DNA from: Polyangiales bacterium
GTDB taxonomy: Bacteria > Myxococcota_A > Polyangia > Polyangiales > Ga0077539
NCBI GenBank assembly: GCA_044229975.1
Contig: JBGARZ010000010.1
Span: 160,001 to 224,000 of the forward strand
Length of the DNA stretch: 64,000 bases
Reading direction: 5' to 3'
In this document: positions 1-9,444 of the stretch, piece by piece
How the letters are laid out: every line of letters starts with the position of its first letter
Position numbering within the stretch: position 1 is the first letter of the stretch
Notes under the pieces: model-generated
Seen by the model: only the letters and a program-made list of their open reading frames with translations
Told to the model about the DNA's origin: nothing
Database searches by the model: none
Made by a program: the position numbers and the translations under genes

Positions 1-380
1 ATCGGGTGGGCCTCGCGCAGTCGCTGTCGATGGCGTCGACGTCGGTGCGGCTCACGCTCGGGTCGGGCGACGTGGATTGTGTCTCGGTCGAGGCGATCGA
101 GGGGGGAAGGCTCGTGGCGCGCGCGGTCGGGGTCAACGGGACGTGTCCGAGCAGCACCCTGACGCTCGACCTGTTTGACCCGGGCGGGCGGTTGCTCACG
201 ACGGTCAGCGCCAACGGTGCGGGCAACTGCCCCATCATCGACGGGACGCTCCCGGACAGCCCGGCGTTTAGCGTCGCGCGGGGGTTGCGGGCGGGTCGCT
301 ATGTGGTGTGCGAGCGCAGCGCGACGAGCGCCGACGTCGGCGAAAACGTCCTCGACGTGGACGTCACCGCGGCGCCATGA
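1..380 (+). CDS. 3' part of a secreted Cys-containing protein (PPC-like C-terminal domain), truncated by window start
   Basis: Open frame running in from the window edge with GC3-biased codons; ends ...ENVLDVDVTAAP; stop overlaps next ATG (ATGA 377-380). Confidence 0.6.
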   Translation, partial: RVGLAQSLSMASTSVRLTLGSGDVDCVSVEAIEGGRLVARAVGVNGTCPSSTLTLDLFDPGGRLLTTVSANGAGNCPIIDGTLPDSPAFSVARGLRAGRYVVCERSATSADVGENVLDVDVTAAP

Positions 381-604
381 GCGAGTCCGCGGCGACGGAC
401 GACCCGACCGACGGCGTGCTGGTGGTGCGCCGCGGACCGGGCGCCAACTGCTCCTCCATCGGGAGCGCCGTGGAGATGCTCTTCCTCTCGGCGACGGTGG
501 GGACGGCCATCCTCGCGGCGGTGGCCGCCTCGCTCGACCCGAAGGACGACGAGCCCGACGAGGACGAGCCGACGCCGCCGCCAGCGCCGACGGAAGGGCA
601 GTGA
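377..604 (+). CDS. Small protein (75 aa) with RRGPGANCSSIGS motif, hydrophobic helix and acidic/Pro tail; candidate radical SAM substrate
   Basis: ATGA overlap upstream and GTGA overlap with the radical SAM gene downstream. Confidence 0.7.
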   Translation: MSESAATDDPTDGVLVVRRGPGANCSSIGSAVEMLFLSATVGTAILAAVAASLDPKDDEPDEDEPTPPPAPTEGQ

Positions 605-1728
605 GCAGCCCCGTCACCCGCGTTCGGCCGGAGCCCTTCGGGGCGTGGGTTCGCCTCCACGACGACACCCTCGTCGCGATCGACCATCGACGCGCGGCGC
701 GCCTCGGCGTCGAGCCCGGGGTGTTTGGGGAGGGCCATGTGTCGGCGCCCCTGGAGGTGCACGTCGCCGTCACCGCGCGTTGCCCGGTCGACTGCGCCGG
801 GTGCTACCAGTCGGCTTCGACGGACGGGGCGCATGTTCCATTGCAGCAGCTCCGGGAGACGCTCGCGCAACTGAGCAGGGATGGGGTGTTCACGGTTGCG
901 TTTGGTGGAGGAGAGCCGCTGCTGCGGGACGACCTCGGGGTGTTGGGTGACGAGGCGCGCGCGCTGGGTCTCACGCCCGTGGTGACCACGAGCGGGTACG
1001 GGCTCACGGCGTCGCGGGCGCGGGCGCTGCGGTCGTTCGCGCAGGTCAACGTGTCGCATGACGGCGTGAAGGGCGGGTACGAGGCGGTGCGCGGCTTCGA
1101 TGGTGTGGCGGTGGCCGAGCGGGCCATCGCGGTGCTGCGCGGGGAGGGCATCGCGGTGGGCATCAACCACGTGCTCACGAGCGCCAACGTCGACGGCGTC
1201 GCGGCGATGATCGACCACGCGCGAACGCTCGGCGCGAGGGAGCTGCAACTCCTGCGGTACAAGCCGGCGGGGCGCGCGGCGTCGCTGGAGTACCTCGCGC
1301 GGCGGTTGACGCCGGCGCAGTGTGACGCGCTCGGTGAGACGCTGCGCACGACGGCAGAGACGCTGGGCGAGGGGTTCTCGGTGCGGGTGGATTGCGCGTT
1401 GGTTCCGCTGGTGTCGCGGGCGCTACCGGATGCGGCGATGCTGGCGCGCTTCGGGGTGTTTGGCTGCGAGGCGGGCGGTCATCTCGGGTCGGTGCGACGC
1501 GACGGTAGCGCGGGCGGATGCAGCTTCGACGACGCGCCCGGCGCGGAGGGCATCGCGGGGTTTCGGGCGTTTGTCGCGGCGCCGCCGGAGCCGTGCGCGT
1601 CGTGCGCGTTGCGCAGCGTGTGTCGCGGCGGATGCAAGGTGGTGAGCCGACACCTGGGGCAGGGGTTTGCGCCCGACCCGGAGTGCCCGCGGGTGATCGA
1701 ACATCGCGCGGCGGTGCGAGCGACGTGA
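601..1728 (+). CDS. Radical SAM/SPASM domain protein
   Basis: CPVDCAGC (CxxxCxxC), FGGGEPLL, C-terminal GCEAG...GCS...CASCALRSVCRGGC...C SPASM-type cysteines; GTG start at 601. Confidence 0.9.
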   Translation: MSSPVTRVRPEPFGAWVRLHDDTLVAIDHRRAARLGVEPGVFGEGHVSAPLEVHVAVTARCPVDCAGCYQSASTDGAHVPLQQLRETLAQLSRDGVFTVAFGGGEPLLRDDLGVLGDEARALGLTPVVTTSGYGLTASRARALRSFAQVNVSHDGVKGGYEAVRGFDGVAVAERAIAVLRGEGIAVGINHVLTSANVDGVAAMIDHARTLGARELQLLRYKPAGRAASLEYLARRLTPAQCDALGETLRTTAETLGEGFSVRVDCALVPLVSRALPDAAMLARFGVFGCEAGGHLGSVRRDGSAGGCSFDDAPGAEGIAGFRAFVAAPPEPCASCALRSVCRGGCKVVSRHLGQGFAPDPECPRVIEHRAAVRAT

Positions 1729-2036
1729 GCGCAGAGATGCGGCCGTGGCGGGCGGGCGTATCGCTGTCGTTGGCGCTGGCGCCGCTGACGTGGGCGCTGG
1801 TGTTGCTGGTGGAGCGCGCGACGCGACCGGAGCCCGACCCGGTGGCGGTGGTGTGGGCCGAGCGGTCGCCGTTCATCGGGCGCGCGCTGGTGGCGGCCTA
1901 CGTGAGCGTGGCCCTCGCGACGATGCTGACGGCCGCGGCGGGACGGTGGCGGGTGATGCGCGGCGAGCGGTCGTGGGACGTGGCGCTGACACTGGGCGCG
2001 GTCGGGGCGTTGGTGCAGGTGGTGGCGTGGCGGTGA
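1725..2036 (+). CDS. Small membrane protein (about 3 TM)
   Basis: GTGA overlap with radical SAM stop; hydrophobic segments. Confidence 0.6.
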   Translation: MSAEMRPWRAGVSLSLALAPLTWALVLLVERATRPEPDPVAVVWAERSPFIGRALVAAYVSVALATMLTAAAGRWRVMRGERSWDVALTLGAVGALVQVVAWR

Positions 2037-2365
2037 TTCCGGCGGGGCCCGCGGCGGCGGTGCTGCTCGCGGCGATCGTGGGCGCGGTCGTGAGCGCGCG
2101 GTGGGCGCGCGGGGCGGCGGGCGCGGTGGCGCTGGGTGCGCTGGGCTGGGTGCTGGCGACGCGGGCGCTGTGGGAGGCCGACGTGCGGCGCGGGGTGTAC
2201 ATCGCGTCGCGGGCGCGTGGGCTGTGGCTCGACCGCGGCGTGGCATTGGCGGTAGCCGCGAGCATGGTGGCGATGGCGGCGGGGCTGCGCGGGTCGCGGG
2301 CGGGGTTCGGGGTGGCAGCGGGGATGGCAGCGGGGGCGATGGCGTGCGCGTGGGCGGCGGGGTGA
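2033..2365 (+). CDS. Small membrane protein (Ala/Gly-rich, about 4 TM)
   Basis: GTGA overlap with previous stop; hydrophobic throughout. Confidence 0.55.
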   Translation: MIPAGPAAAVLLAAIVGAVVSARWARGAAGAVALGALGWVLATRALWEADVRRGVYIASRARGLWLDRGVALAVAASMVAMAAGLRGSRAGFGVAAGMAAGAMACAWAAG

Positions 2366-2549
2366 TGGAGGGTCGGGCTCGCGTCGGTCTGATCAGGGAC
2401 GCTGAGGTGTGGATACGAGCAACGCGAAGACTCACGTCGCCACGGGCCGCCACCTCCGCCGCCACCCCCGCCGCCACCCGCCGCCACCTCGCTCACGCTT
2501 GAATCTTCGCTATTTCGCGCTGGCACGCGCCACGCTCTGTGGTCGCTCC

Positions 2550-3479
2550 GTGTCGTCGCCATTCGACCGCTTCGCCAAGGACGTCCTCGACCTGCTGCTC
2601 TCCGACTACGGGCGACTGGAGACCGAGGTCGAAGCTCCGCCGCTCTCGTCACAGCGCTCGGACCTGTTCTTCGTTCCTGACCCTGTGCTGGAGGCGGCGC
2701 GGCGATCGTTGGGGACGCTCGGTCGGATGACGGAGGTGAGCTGTCTGTTGGAGCCGATGCGCGAGGCGCCCGGCTTGATGGACGTGGGCGAGTGCCTCCG
2801 CAAGCTGCTCAACCACCGCCACGCCCGCGTGCTCGGCAAGCGCCCCGCCGCGGAGCGCTCGTGGCTGCTCTGCGGTGGGCGCCCCGACCGCGCGCTGGTG
2901 GCGATGCGGTTCCGTCCCTCGTTCGGGTGGCCACGGGGGTTCTACGATTTGGGCGAGGCGCTTTCGTTGTCCATCGTGGTGTTGTCCGAACTGGAGAGAA
3001 CCGGAGACACCCTGGCGCTGCGGTTGATGGGCGCCAGAGCGACGCTACGCGGCGCGCTGGAAGACCTCGCAAACACGCCGCCCGGAGCGGTGCGCGACGC
3101 CCTGGTGAAGCTGGTGGTAGAACAGCAGATGTTCCGGCGTGCCGGTAGTGCGACTGGTCCAGCGCCGCAGAGTGAGGAGGAGAGGGAGATCATGAAGAGC
3201 ATGCCGTTCGTGGAAGAGCTCGAACGTCGCTGTCGCGAGGAGGGCCGCACCGAGGGCCGCACCGAGGGCCGCACCGAGGGCCGCACCGAGGGCCGCACCG
3301 AGGGCGTGCTGCGGTCGGTCGCGCGCGTCGTCGAGCGCCGACTCGGACGTGAACTCCTGAGCCCCGAGCTCGCGTCGCTCCGTCAGCACGTCGCCCGTGG
3401 CGGGGAGAGCACCCTCGATCAGGCGCTCGACCTCGACCCCGCCGCGCTCGCCGCGTGGCTCGTCGATCGCGCCGACTGA
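2550..3479 (+). CDS. Rpn/YhgA-like (PD-(D/E)xK-derived, DUF4351-type) protein
   Basis: N-terminal PFDRFAK, RSDLFF, LLEPMR; C-terminal EGRT repeats followed by VERRLG helical tail typical of Rpn-like proteins. Confidence 0.7.
   Translation: MSSPFDRFAKDVLDLLLSDYGRLETEVEAPPLSSQRSDLFFVPDPVLEAARRSLGTLGRMTEVSCLLEPMREAPGLMDVGECLRKLLNHRHARVLGKRPAAERSWLLCGGRPDRALVAMRFRPSFGWPRGFYDLGEALSLSIVVLSELERTGDTLALRLMGARATLRGALEDLANTPPGAVRDALVKLVVEQQMFRRAGSATGPAPQSEEEREIMKSMPFVEELERRCREEGRTEGRTEGRTEGRTEGRTEGVLRSVARVVERRLGRELLSPELASLRQHVARGGESTLDQALDLDPAALAAWLVDRAD
3240..3305 (+). repeat. 12-bp tandem repeat GAGGGCCGCACC x5.5 encoding (EGRT)n
   Basis: Direct reading of sequence. Confidence 0.95.
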
Positions 3480-3534
3480 TCCACTCACCCGTCGCCCCGC
3501 CATCCGTCACGGTCGCTGCTACTGTGCGGTTGCG

Positions 3535-5565
3535 ATGAGTTCGTTTCCTCTCAACGCCGCGCAGCTCGCGGCGGTGGCCCACGGCGCCGGGCCCGCCCTC
3601 GTGCTCGCCGGCGCGGGCTCTGGCAAGACCCGCGTCATCACGCAGCGCATCGCGCGGCTCATCGAGGCGGGCAACCTGCCGCGCACCATCGCCGCCGTGA
3701 CCTTCACCAACAAGGCCGCCGAGGAGATGCAGGAGCGCCTCTTCGGCGTCGTCGGCCCCGCCGCCAAGGACGTGTGGATCTCCACCTTCCACTCGCTCGG
3801 CGGCGAGATCGTCCGCCGCGAGATGCCCCGCGGCAGCCCCTTCGTCGTCTACGACGGCGCCGACAGCGCGGGCCTCATCAAGGAACTCCTCCGCGACCGC
3901 CCCAACGAGATCGACGGCAAGCGCCTCGACACCGGCGCCATCCTCTCGCGCATCTCCCACGCGAAAAACGCCATGTGCTCCCCCGAGGAGCTCGTGCCCG
4001 AGAGCGAAGCCAACGCCTACGACGAGATCGCCGCGTGGGTGTATCCGCGCTACCAGGCAGCCCTCCAAAGACTGAAGGCGCTCGACTTCGACGACCTCAT
4101 TTTGTGGCCGCTCCAGAAGCTCACCGAGGACGAGCAGGTGCGCGACAAGTGGCGCGCCCGCATGCGCTACCTGCTGGTCGACGAATTCCAGGACACCAAC
4201 CGCGCGCAGCTGTTGTTGGTGAAGCAGCTCTCGGGGGAGAGCGGCAACGTGTTTTGCGTGGGCGACGACGACCAGTCCATCTACGGGTGGCGCGGGGCCG
4301 ACATCGCCAACGTCATCGATTTCGCGACGCACTTCCCCGGCGCCAAGAAGCTCGCCCTCGAACAGAACTACCGCTCCCGCAAGCCCGTCCTCGACGTCGC
4401 CAACGCCATCATGGAGGGCCAGGTGCGGGCCTTCCCCAAGCGGCTCTTCACCGACCGCGAGGGCGGCGCCACCGTGAAGGTCGTGCACGCCGACTCGGCC
4501 GAAGGGGAGGTGAAGTTCGTCGGCGCGACGATCACGAAGCTGCTCTCCAAGGGGTACAAGAAGAAGGAGATCGGGGTGCTCTACCGCTCCAACCTCCTGT
4601 CGCGCGGCGTCGAGGAGTTTCTCCGGCTCAACAACATCCCCTACCGGATGATCGGCGGTAACTCCGTCTACGAGCGCCGCGAGGTGAAGGACCTCATCGC
4701 CTACCTCCGCCTCGCCGTGTATCCGAGCGATGAGATCTCGTTTCGTCGGGTGGTGAACTACCCCGCGCGGGGCATCGGCGACGCGACGCTGCTGCGGCTG
4801 GAGAAGTACGGCCTCGCGAAGGGCGTGTCGCTGCTGGTGGCGGCCGAGCAGTGCGCGGCCATCGCCGACATCGCGCAGAACACCAAGGACGCGCTGATGG
4901 CCTTCGCGCGCATCGTGCGCATCACGCGGTCGCAGTTCGAGAAGGGCGTCGGGCTGAGCACCGTGGCGGCGCAGGTGGCGCGCACCATCAAGCTCAAGGA
5001 GGACATCTTCGAGGCGGGTCCGTCGGCGATCGTGGCGGGCAAGCGCTGGGGCAACATCGAGCGGCTGCTCAAGACCATGGACAAGGCCGACGCGAAGGAC
5101 ATCGGCGAGGTGGGGGTGGTGCTGCAACGCCTCACGCTGCACTTCGCCGAAGACGACGAGGGGGTGAAGGACGAGGTCACGCTCAGCACGCTCCACGGGT
5201 CGAAGGGGCTGGAGTTCGGGACGGTGTTCTTCATGGGTTGTGAGGAGGGGATCATTCCTCATGCGCGAACGGACAACCCGAAGGCGACGGACATCGCGTC
5301 GACCATCGACGCGGGCGAGGAGCGGCGGCTCTTCTACGTGGGTGTGACGCGCGCGAAGGAGCAGTTGTATCTGATGAGGGCGCGCAAGCGCTCCAACCGC
5401 GGGCCCGCGCGGCCGACGCTGCCGACGCGCTTTCTCACGCTGCCCGCGCTGGCGAAGGGGGTGTTGGAGGACGTGACGTTCAACTCCGAGGCACCGTTGC
5501 AGGTGGACGACATCGTCGCGCAGGCCAAGAGCTTCCGGGAGAAGCTGCTCGCGAAGAAGGGTTAG
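3535..5565 (+). CDS. uvrD: UvrD/Rep/PcrA superfamily 1 DNA helicase
   Basis: LAGAGSGKT, TFTNKAA, VDEFQDTN, GDDDQSIYGWRGA, NYRS, STLHGSKGLEF, EERRLFYVGVTRAK. Confidence 0.93.
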   Translation: MSSFPLNAAQLAAVAHGAGPALVLAGAGSGKTRVITQRIARLIEAGNLPRTIAAVTFTNKAAEEMQERLFGVVGPAAKDVWISTFHSLGGEIVRREMPRGSPFVVYDGADSAGLIKELLRDRPNEIDGKRLDTGAILSRISHAKNAMCSPEELVPESEANAYDEIAAWVYPRYQAALQRLKALDFDDLILWPLQKLTEDEQVRDKWRARMRYLLVDEFQDTNRAQLLLVKQLSGESGNVFCVGDDDQSIYGWRGADIANVIDFATHFPGAKKLALEQNYRSRKPVLDVANAIMEGQVRAFPKRLFTDREGGATVKVVHADSAEGEVKFVGATITKLLSKGYKKKEIGVLYRSNLLSRGVEEFLRLNNIPYRMIGGNSVYERREVKDLIAYLRLAVYPSDEISFRRVVNYPARGIGDATLLRLEKYGLAKGVSLLVAAEQCAAIADIAQNTKDALMAFARIVRITRSQFEKGVGLSTVAAQVARTIKLKEDIFEAGPSAIVAGKRWGNIERLLKTMDKADAKDIGEVGVVLQRLTLHFAEDDEGVKDEVTLSTLHGSKGLEFGTVFFMGCEEGIIPHARTDNPKATDIASTIDAGEERRLFYVGVTRAKEQLYLMRARKRSNRGPARPTLPTRFLTLPALAKGVLEDVTFNSEAPLQVDDIVAQAKSFREKLLAKKG

Positions 5566-5610
5566 ACGCGCCCGCGCGGCGTGTGCTCTCTTCCGCCGCG
5601 GAGAGAGACC

Positions 5611-6081
5611 ATGCGCATCGCCGTCGTCGCCTTCAGCCTCCTGCTCGCGCGTGCGAGCTGCTCCGACCGGGCCCACCCCGTGACCACACCCGTCGGGGAC
5701 AACGCGAACGGCGAGGTGGAGGTCGCCACCGCCGCCGACGGTGGGCGCTCGCGACCGCGCGAGATCACCGCGCGTCACATCCTGGTGATGTACGCCGGCA
5801 GCGAACGGGCGCCTGAGGACATCACCCGCAACCAGCAGGCCGCGCGAACCCGCGCCGAAGAGGCCCTGCGACGGGCGCGCGCGGGCGAGGACTTCGCCAC
5901 GCTGGCGCGCGAGTTCTCCGATGAGCCGGGCGCCGCGGAGCGCGGCGGATCACTGGGTCACTTCGGTCGCGGCCGGATGGTGCGCGCCTTCGAGGAGGCG
6001 GCCTTCGCGCTGGAGGTCAACGAGATCTCCGGCCTGGTGGAGACGCCCTTCGGCTATCACGTCATCCAGCGCACGCAGTAA
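5611..6081 (+). CDS. Parvulin-type peptidyl-prolyl isomerase, exported
   Basis: Signal-like N-terminus; [41 protein letters not shown]. Confidence 0.92.
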   Translation: MRIAVVAFSLLLARASCSDRAHPVTTPVGDNANGEVEVATAADGGRSRPREITARHILVMYAGSERAPEDITRNQQAARTRAEEALRRARAGEDFATLAREFSDEPGAAERGGSLGHFGRGRMVRAFEEAAFALEVNEISGLVETPFGYHVIQRTQ

Positions 6082-6257
6082 CCTCGATTGGGGCCTCGCG
6101 CCTGACGTTGATGTCGCGTTCGGCAAACCGGCGGCCGCAAGGACGCCTGGCCTGAGGGGGACAACGGCACGATCCAATGAGGCCCCCCCGTCCCGGCGTC
6201 CTTGCGGCCGCCCGTTTGTCGAAGGCAGGCGCGACGCCCTCCCGCGACGCCCTCCCG

Positions 6258-6470
6258 CAGGGCGACGGTGCCAAAAACGCTTGATTCACCGTGCCGCAGG
6301 TTGAAACCCACGGCAACGATGGGCTCTTTTCCCAAAGACCATGCAAGTCCGCAGCGGACTCTTCAATCGCAGTCCGCTGCGGACTTTCAGCGTTGGCCAC
6401 GGCCCACATCGTTGCCGTGGGTTTCAACCCGCGGCACGGTGAAACAAGCGATTTTGGCACCGTCGCCCTG
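6258..6470. repeat. Long imperfect palindrome (REP/MITE-like) between convergent genes, flanked by 13-bp GCGACGCCCTCCC tandem repeats (6231-6257 and 6471-6533)
   Basis: Arms CAGGGCGACGGTGCCAAAA...GGTTGAAACCCACGGCAACGATG and CATCGTTGCCGTGGGTTTCAACC...TTTTGGCACCGTCGCCCTG; inner pair AGTCCGCAGCGGACT / AGTCCGCTGCGGACT. Confidence 0.85.
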
Positions 6471-6560
6471 CCCCCTCCCGTGACGCCCTCCCGTGACGCC
6501 CTCCCGCGACCCCCTCCCGCGACGCCCTCCCGCGGCGACGGGCGCGACGTCTCCCGCGCT

Positions 6561-9404
6561 CTACCGAAACTGCCCGCACACGTCCGGGTCGAACGCCCCG
6601 CCGATGCGTGACGGCACCGGCACCTCCATCGTCCGGTCGTCGATGCTCAGCAGAAACGCGATCACCTGCCGCAGCCGCATCACCCCGCCCGCGCCCTCGA
6701 ACATCCCCGTCGGCGCGTACACGTCACGGTGCGTCGCGAACCTCGCGCCGAGCGCCTCTTCCAGCGTTCGCGCGTTGCCCGCGTGGAAGTACGGCGCCCC
6801 GTGCGCCACGCCCGCCAGCGGCGGCGGGTTGAACCCCGTCGCGCCCTGTGACGCCGCGCTCATGTTGGCGCGCACCTCCAGCACGTCCACGCCCGACGGC
6901 GCCACGCCCGCGCCCATCGCCCACGTTCCCACGTTGCGCAGCGCGCACGCGAGCTGATCGTTGGCCGCATCAAACGGCGACAACCGATACGTCCCGCCCT
7001 CCGTGAAGAGACCCGTCGGTGACCCCGATGGGCGCGTCCAGCGTCGTGTGATGAGCGCTCCCGTCATCCGATCGTTGTTGGCCGCGCTCGGCACATAGAA
7101 CCGCCGCGACAGGCTCCAATGCGCCCCGCCGTGGCACCCGTCGCAGCCGGCCTGCGCGAAGACCATGCGGCCCTCCGCGATGTCCGCGGCGCTCCCTACC
7201 TCCGGGCCACGCGGCGTGCGAATCGCCCGCACGTATTGCCCGATCAGCGTCCAGTCTTCCAACACCCCGCGCGGCGTCCCCATGCCCGTCGGTGTCGCGA
7301 TGGAGTCGATGGAACCCGACAGTCCGTCCTGCCGATCGCTGGTGGCCTGTTGCGGCCCGGCGGGCGTCGTCCCATCGAAGACGATGCGGTCTCCATTGGA
7401 CAACCGCGGCGGCATCGCGCCGTCGTTGACCCGGTGAACCACGGCGCCGACGCCACCCGAATTGCCGCGTGCATTGAGCTCGAAATCCGCCAGCTCATCG
7501 AACACCGCCGTCCAGTTCATGATGCGGGGAGCGCCCGTCGCGTCGAGCGTCGCGTCGAGCGAGATCGTCTGCCGCGGGCCGCGCCCGAAGAACCACGTCA
7601 CGTTGTCCGTCAGCCCGTCGGGGTGACAGGACTCACATGAGTTCCAGCCTTGTCCCTTGAGCGACCAGCGGCCGAGGCCCGTGACGAAGAGCCGTCGACC
7701 GTCCGCCGCCTGCGCCGCCGCGCCCGTCGGGGCTGCGCTCGACTCCACCACCGCGGTGACCTTCTGCGACGTTCCTGGTCCGCCGCCGCTCAGGGTGACC
7801 ACCGCCACGTTGCGCGTGTGCTCCTGCACCGTGACCGCCGTCGCGCCCGCCGAGGTCATCGCGATGCCGTAGGGCAGCCGCGCGGCAGAGAGCGTCGCGC
7901 CCATTGGATTCACCGGCGCGCCCAGGTCGACGAAGGGTGGCAGCACCGGCATCGCCATCGCGGGGTTGCCCACCTCGGCGAGTGCCCCGGAGGCCGTGAA
8001 GCGCACCCGGAAGAGCGCGTCGCTGCCTTCGCCGACCACCCACGCCACCGTCGACCCCGCCGTGCTTCCACCGACGAGCGGTTGGAAGGCGATGTCGACG
8101 GGCAGCAAGGGATAGCGCCGCGTGGCGTCGTCGGGCGTGCCGCGACCCTCGTAGAGCGCGAAGAAGCGCGCGTTGAGCAGAACCCGCTGCGACGCGAGCT
8201 CGCTGCCGTTGTTGGCGTCGAGGACGAAGATCGCGCCGGTGTGCTGCGTGCGGAAGTTGAGCAGCGTCGGGTCGAGCGGCGGGACCATCGGCGCACCGCC
8301 GTCATCAGGCACCGCGGCATCGACGGGTGCGACCCCACCGTCGGTGGGAGCGGGCGGCGCGGCGGGGCCGACGGGGCCGCGCGGTGACTCGCAGAGGGCC
8401 GTCACGTAGACGCGACCGAAGGCCACGGCGACGGACGAGAGCTGGTTGGGGAAACACCCCGCGACGGAGCCATCCGCGCTGCGAAAGCCGAGATCGGCCG
8501 CGGCGGAGATGGTGGTCGCATCGAGCATGCGGGTGTTGAGCGGATAGCGGTACACGACGCCGACGCGGTCTTGATCGAAGCGCTCGACTCCCGCCGGACC
8601 AGGCGTGGTGCGGCGCTGCGCGAAGTACTCGGTGACGTAGAGCGTCTCGTCGGACTCGTCCTCGTCGCCGTCGTTGGTGACGACGAGGGCGCGCGGGTGG
8701 GCGAGGCCGTGGCGGCTCGCGGCGTCGGCGCCGAGGAAGCCGCCGCGCACGAGCGTCGCGTTGAGGTCGAGCGTGTCGCTCACGGCGAGGGTGGCGGCGT
8801 CGAGGATGGAGACGGTTCCTTCGCCCCAGTTGGCGACGAAGATGCGGCGGCCGTTGGGGCTGAGCGCGACGCCCGTCGGCTCGGCGCCCACGCGCGTACG
8901 GGTCGCGGAGAGCGAGGGCGTGCCGCGGAGGTCGTCGATGCGGGCGAGCTGTCCTTCGCGGCGCAGCGCGACGTACGCGGTGTTGCCGTCGGGGGAGATG
9001 GCGACGGACCACGGCTCGCTGCCCTCGCCGGTGCTCACCTCGGCGGTGCGCGTCGCGGTGGCGGGCGGGCCCGCGGTGAGCGCGAAGATCGAGACGCTGT
9101 GGGCGCTGCGGTTGGCGACGACGGCGAGGTGATCGTCGCCGGAGATGGCGACGGCGGACGATCGGCTGGGGCCCGCGAGCAGCGTGCGCGAGGGCGGGAC
9201 GTCCGCGGGCAGAACATCGACGCCGCTGTCGACGGGGGAGGGGATGTCGATGAACTGCGTGTCGACGGTGACGTCCCGAACGACGTCGGTGATGGGGAGA
9301 TCGTCGGCGGCGTCGGGGGGTGCTCCGACGACGGACTGCCCGAGCGAACAACCGAGCGCACCGACGAGGAGGCCGAGACCGAGGACACGCGTCACGCACC
9401 GCAA
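6561..9404 (-). CDS. Lipoprotein with YncE/YVTN-type beta-propeller and di-heme cytochrome c (MauG/CCP-like) domain
   Basis: Lipobox ALGC; propeller repeats (EPWSVAISPDG, EPTGVALSPNG); two CxxCH (CESCH, CDGCH); APYFHAGNARTLEE. Confidence 0.82.
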   Translation of the reverse strand: MRCVTRVLGLGLLVGALGCSLGQSVVGAPPDAADDLPITDVVRDVTVDTQFIDIPSPVDSGVDVLPADVPPSRTLLAGPSRSSAVAISGDDHLAVVANRSAHSVSIFALTAGPPATATRTAEVSTGEGSEPWSVAISPDGNTAYVALRREGQLARIDDLRGTPSLSATRTRVGAEPTGVALSPNGRRIFVANWGEGTVSILDAATLAVSDTLDLNATLVRGGFLGADAASRHGLAHPRALVVTNDGDEDESDETLYVTEYFAQRRTTPGPAGVERFDQDRVGVVYRYPLNTRMLDATTISAAADLGFRSADGSVAGCFPNQLSSVAVAFGRVYVTALCESPRGPVGPAAPPAPTDGGVAPVDAAVPDDGGAPMVPPLDPTLLNFRTQHTGAIFVLDANNGSELASQRVLLNARFFALYEGRGTPDDATRRYPLLPVDIAFQPLVGGSTAGSTVAWVVGEGSDALFRVRFTASGALAEVGNPAMAMPVLPPFVDLGAPVNPMGATLSAARLPYGIAMTSAGATAVTVQEHTRNVAVVTLSGGGPGTSQKVTAVVESSAAPTGAAAQAADGRRLFVTGLGRWSLKGQGWNSCESCHPDGLTDNVTWFFGRGPRQTISLDATLDATGAPRIMNWTAVFDELADFELNARGNSGGVGAVVHRVNDGAMPPRLSNGDRIVFDGTTPAGPQQATSDRQDGLSGSIDSIATPTGMGTPRGVLEDWTLIGQYVRAIRTPRGPEVGSAADIAEGRMVFAQAGCDGCHGGAHWSLSRRFYVPSAANNDRMTGALITRRWTRPSGSPTGLFTEGGTYRLSPFDAANDQLACALRNVGTWAMGAGVAPSGVDVLEVRANMSAASQGATGFNPPPLAGVAHGAPYFHAGNARTLEEALGARFATHRDVYAPTGMFEGAGGVMRLRQVIAFLLSIDDRTMEVPVPSRIGGAFDPDVCGQFR

Positions 9405-9444
9405 GGTATCCCGCCGCGCGTGGCCGCTGCTAGAACACGGTCAT

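Noticed and set aside
2445..2490. CCGCCACC short repeats
   Set aside because: Low-complexity intergenic sequence with no supportable function
3190..5778. 862-aa minus-strand ORF
   Set aside because: Antisense shadow of the helicase; long shadow ORFs are expected at this GC content
6231..6533. Possible CRISPR array
   Set aside because: Repeats are contiguous 13-mers or inverted arms with no unique spacers and no cas genes
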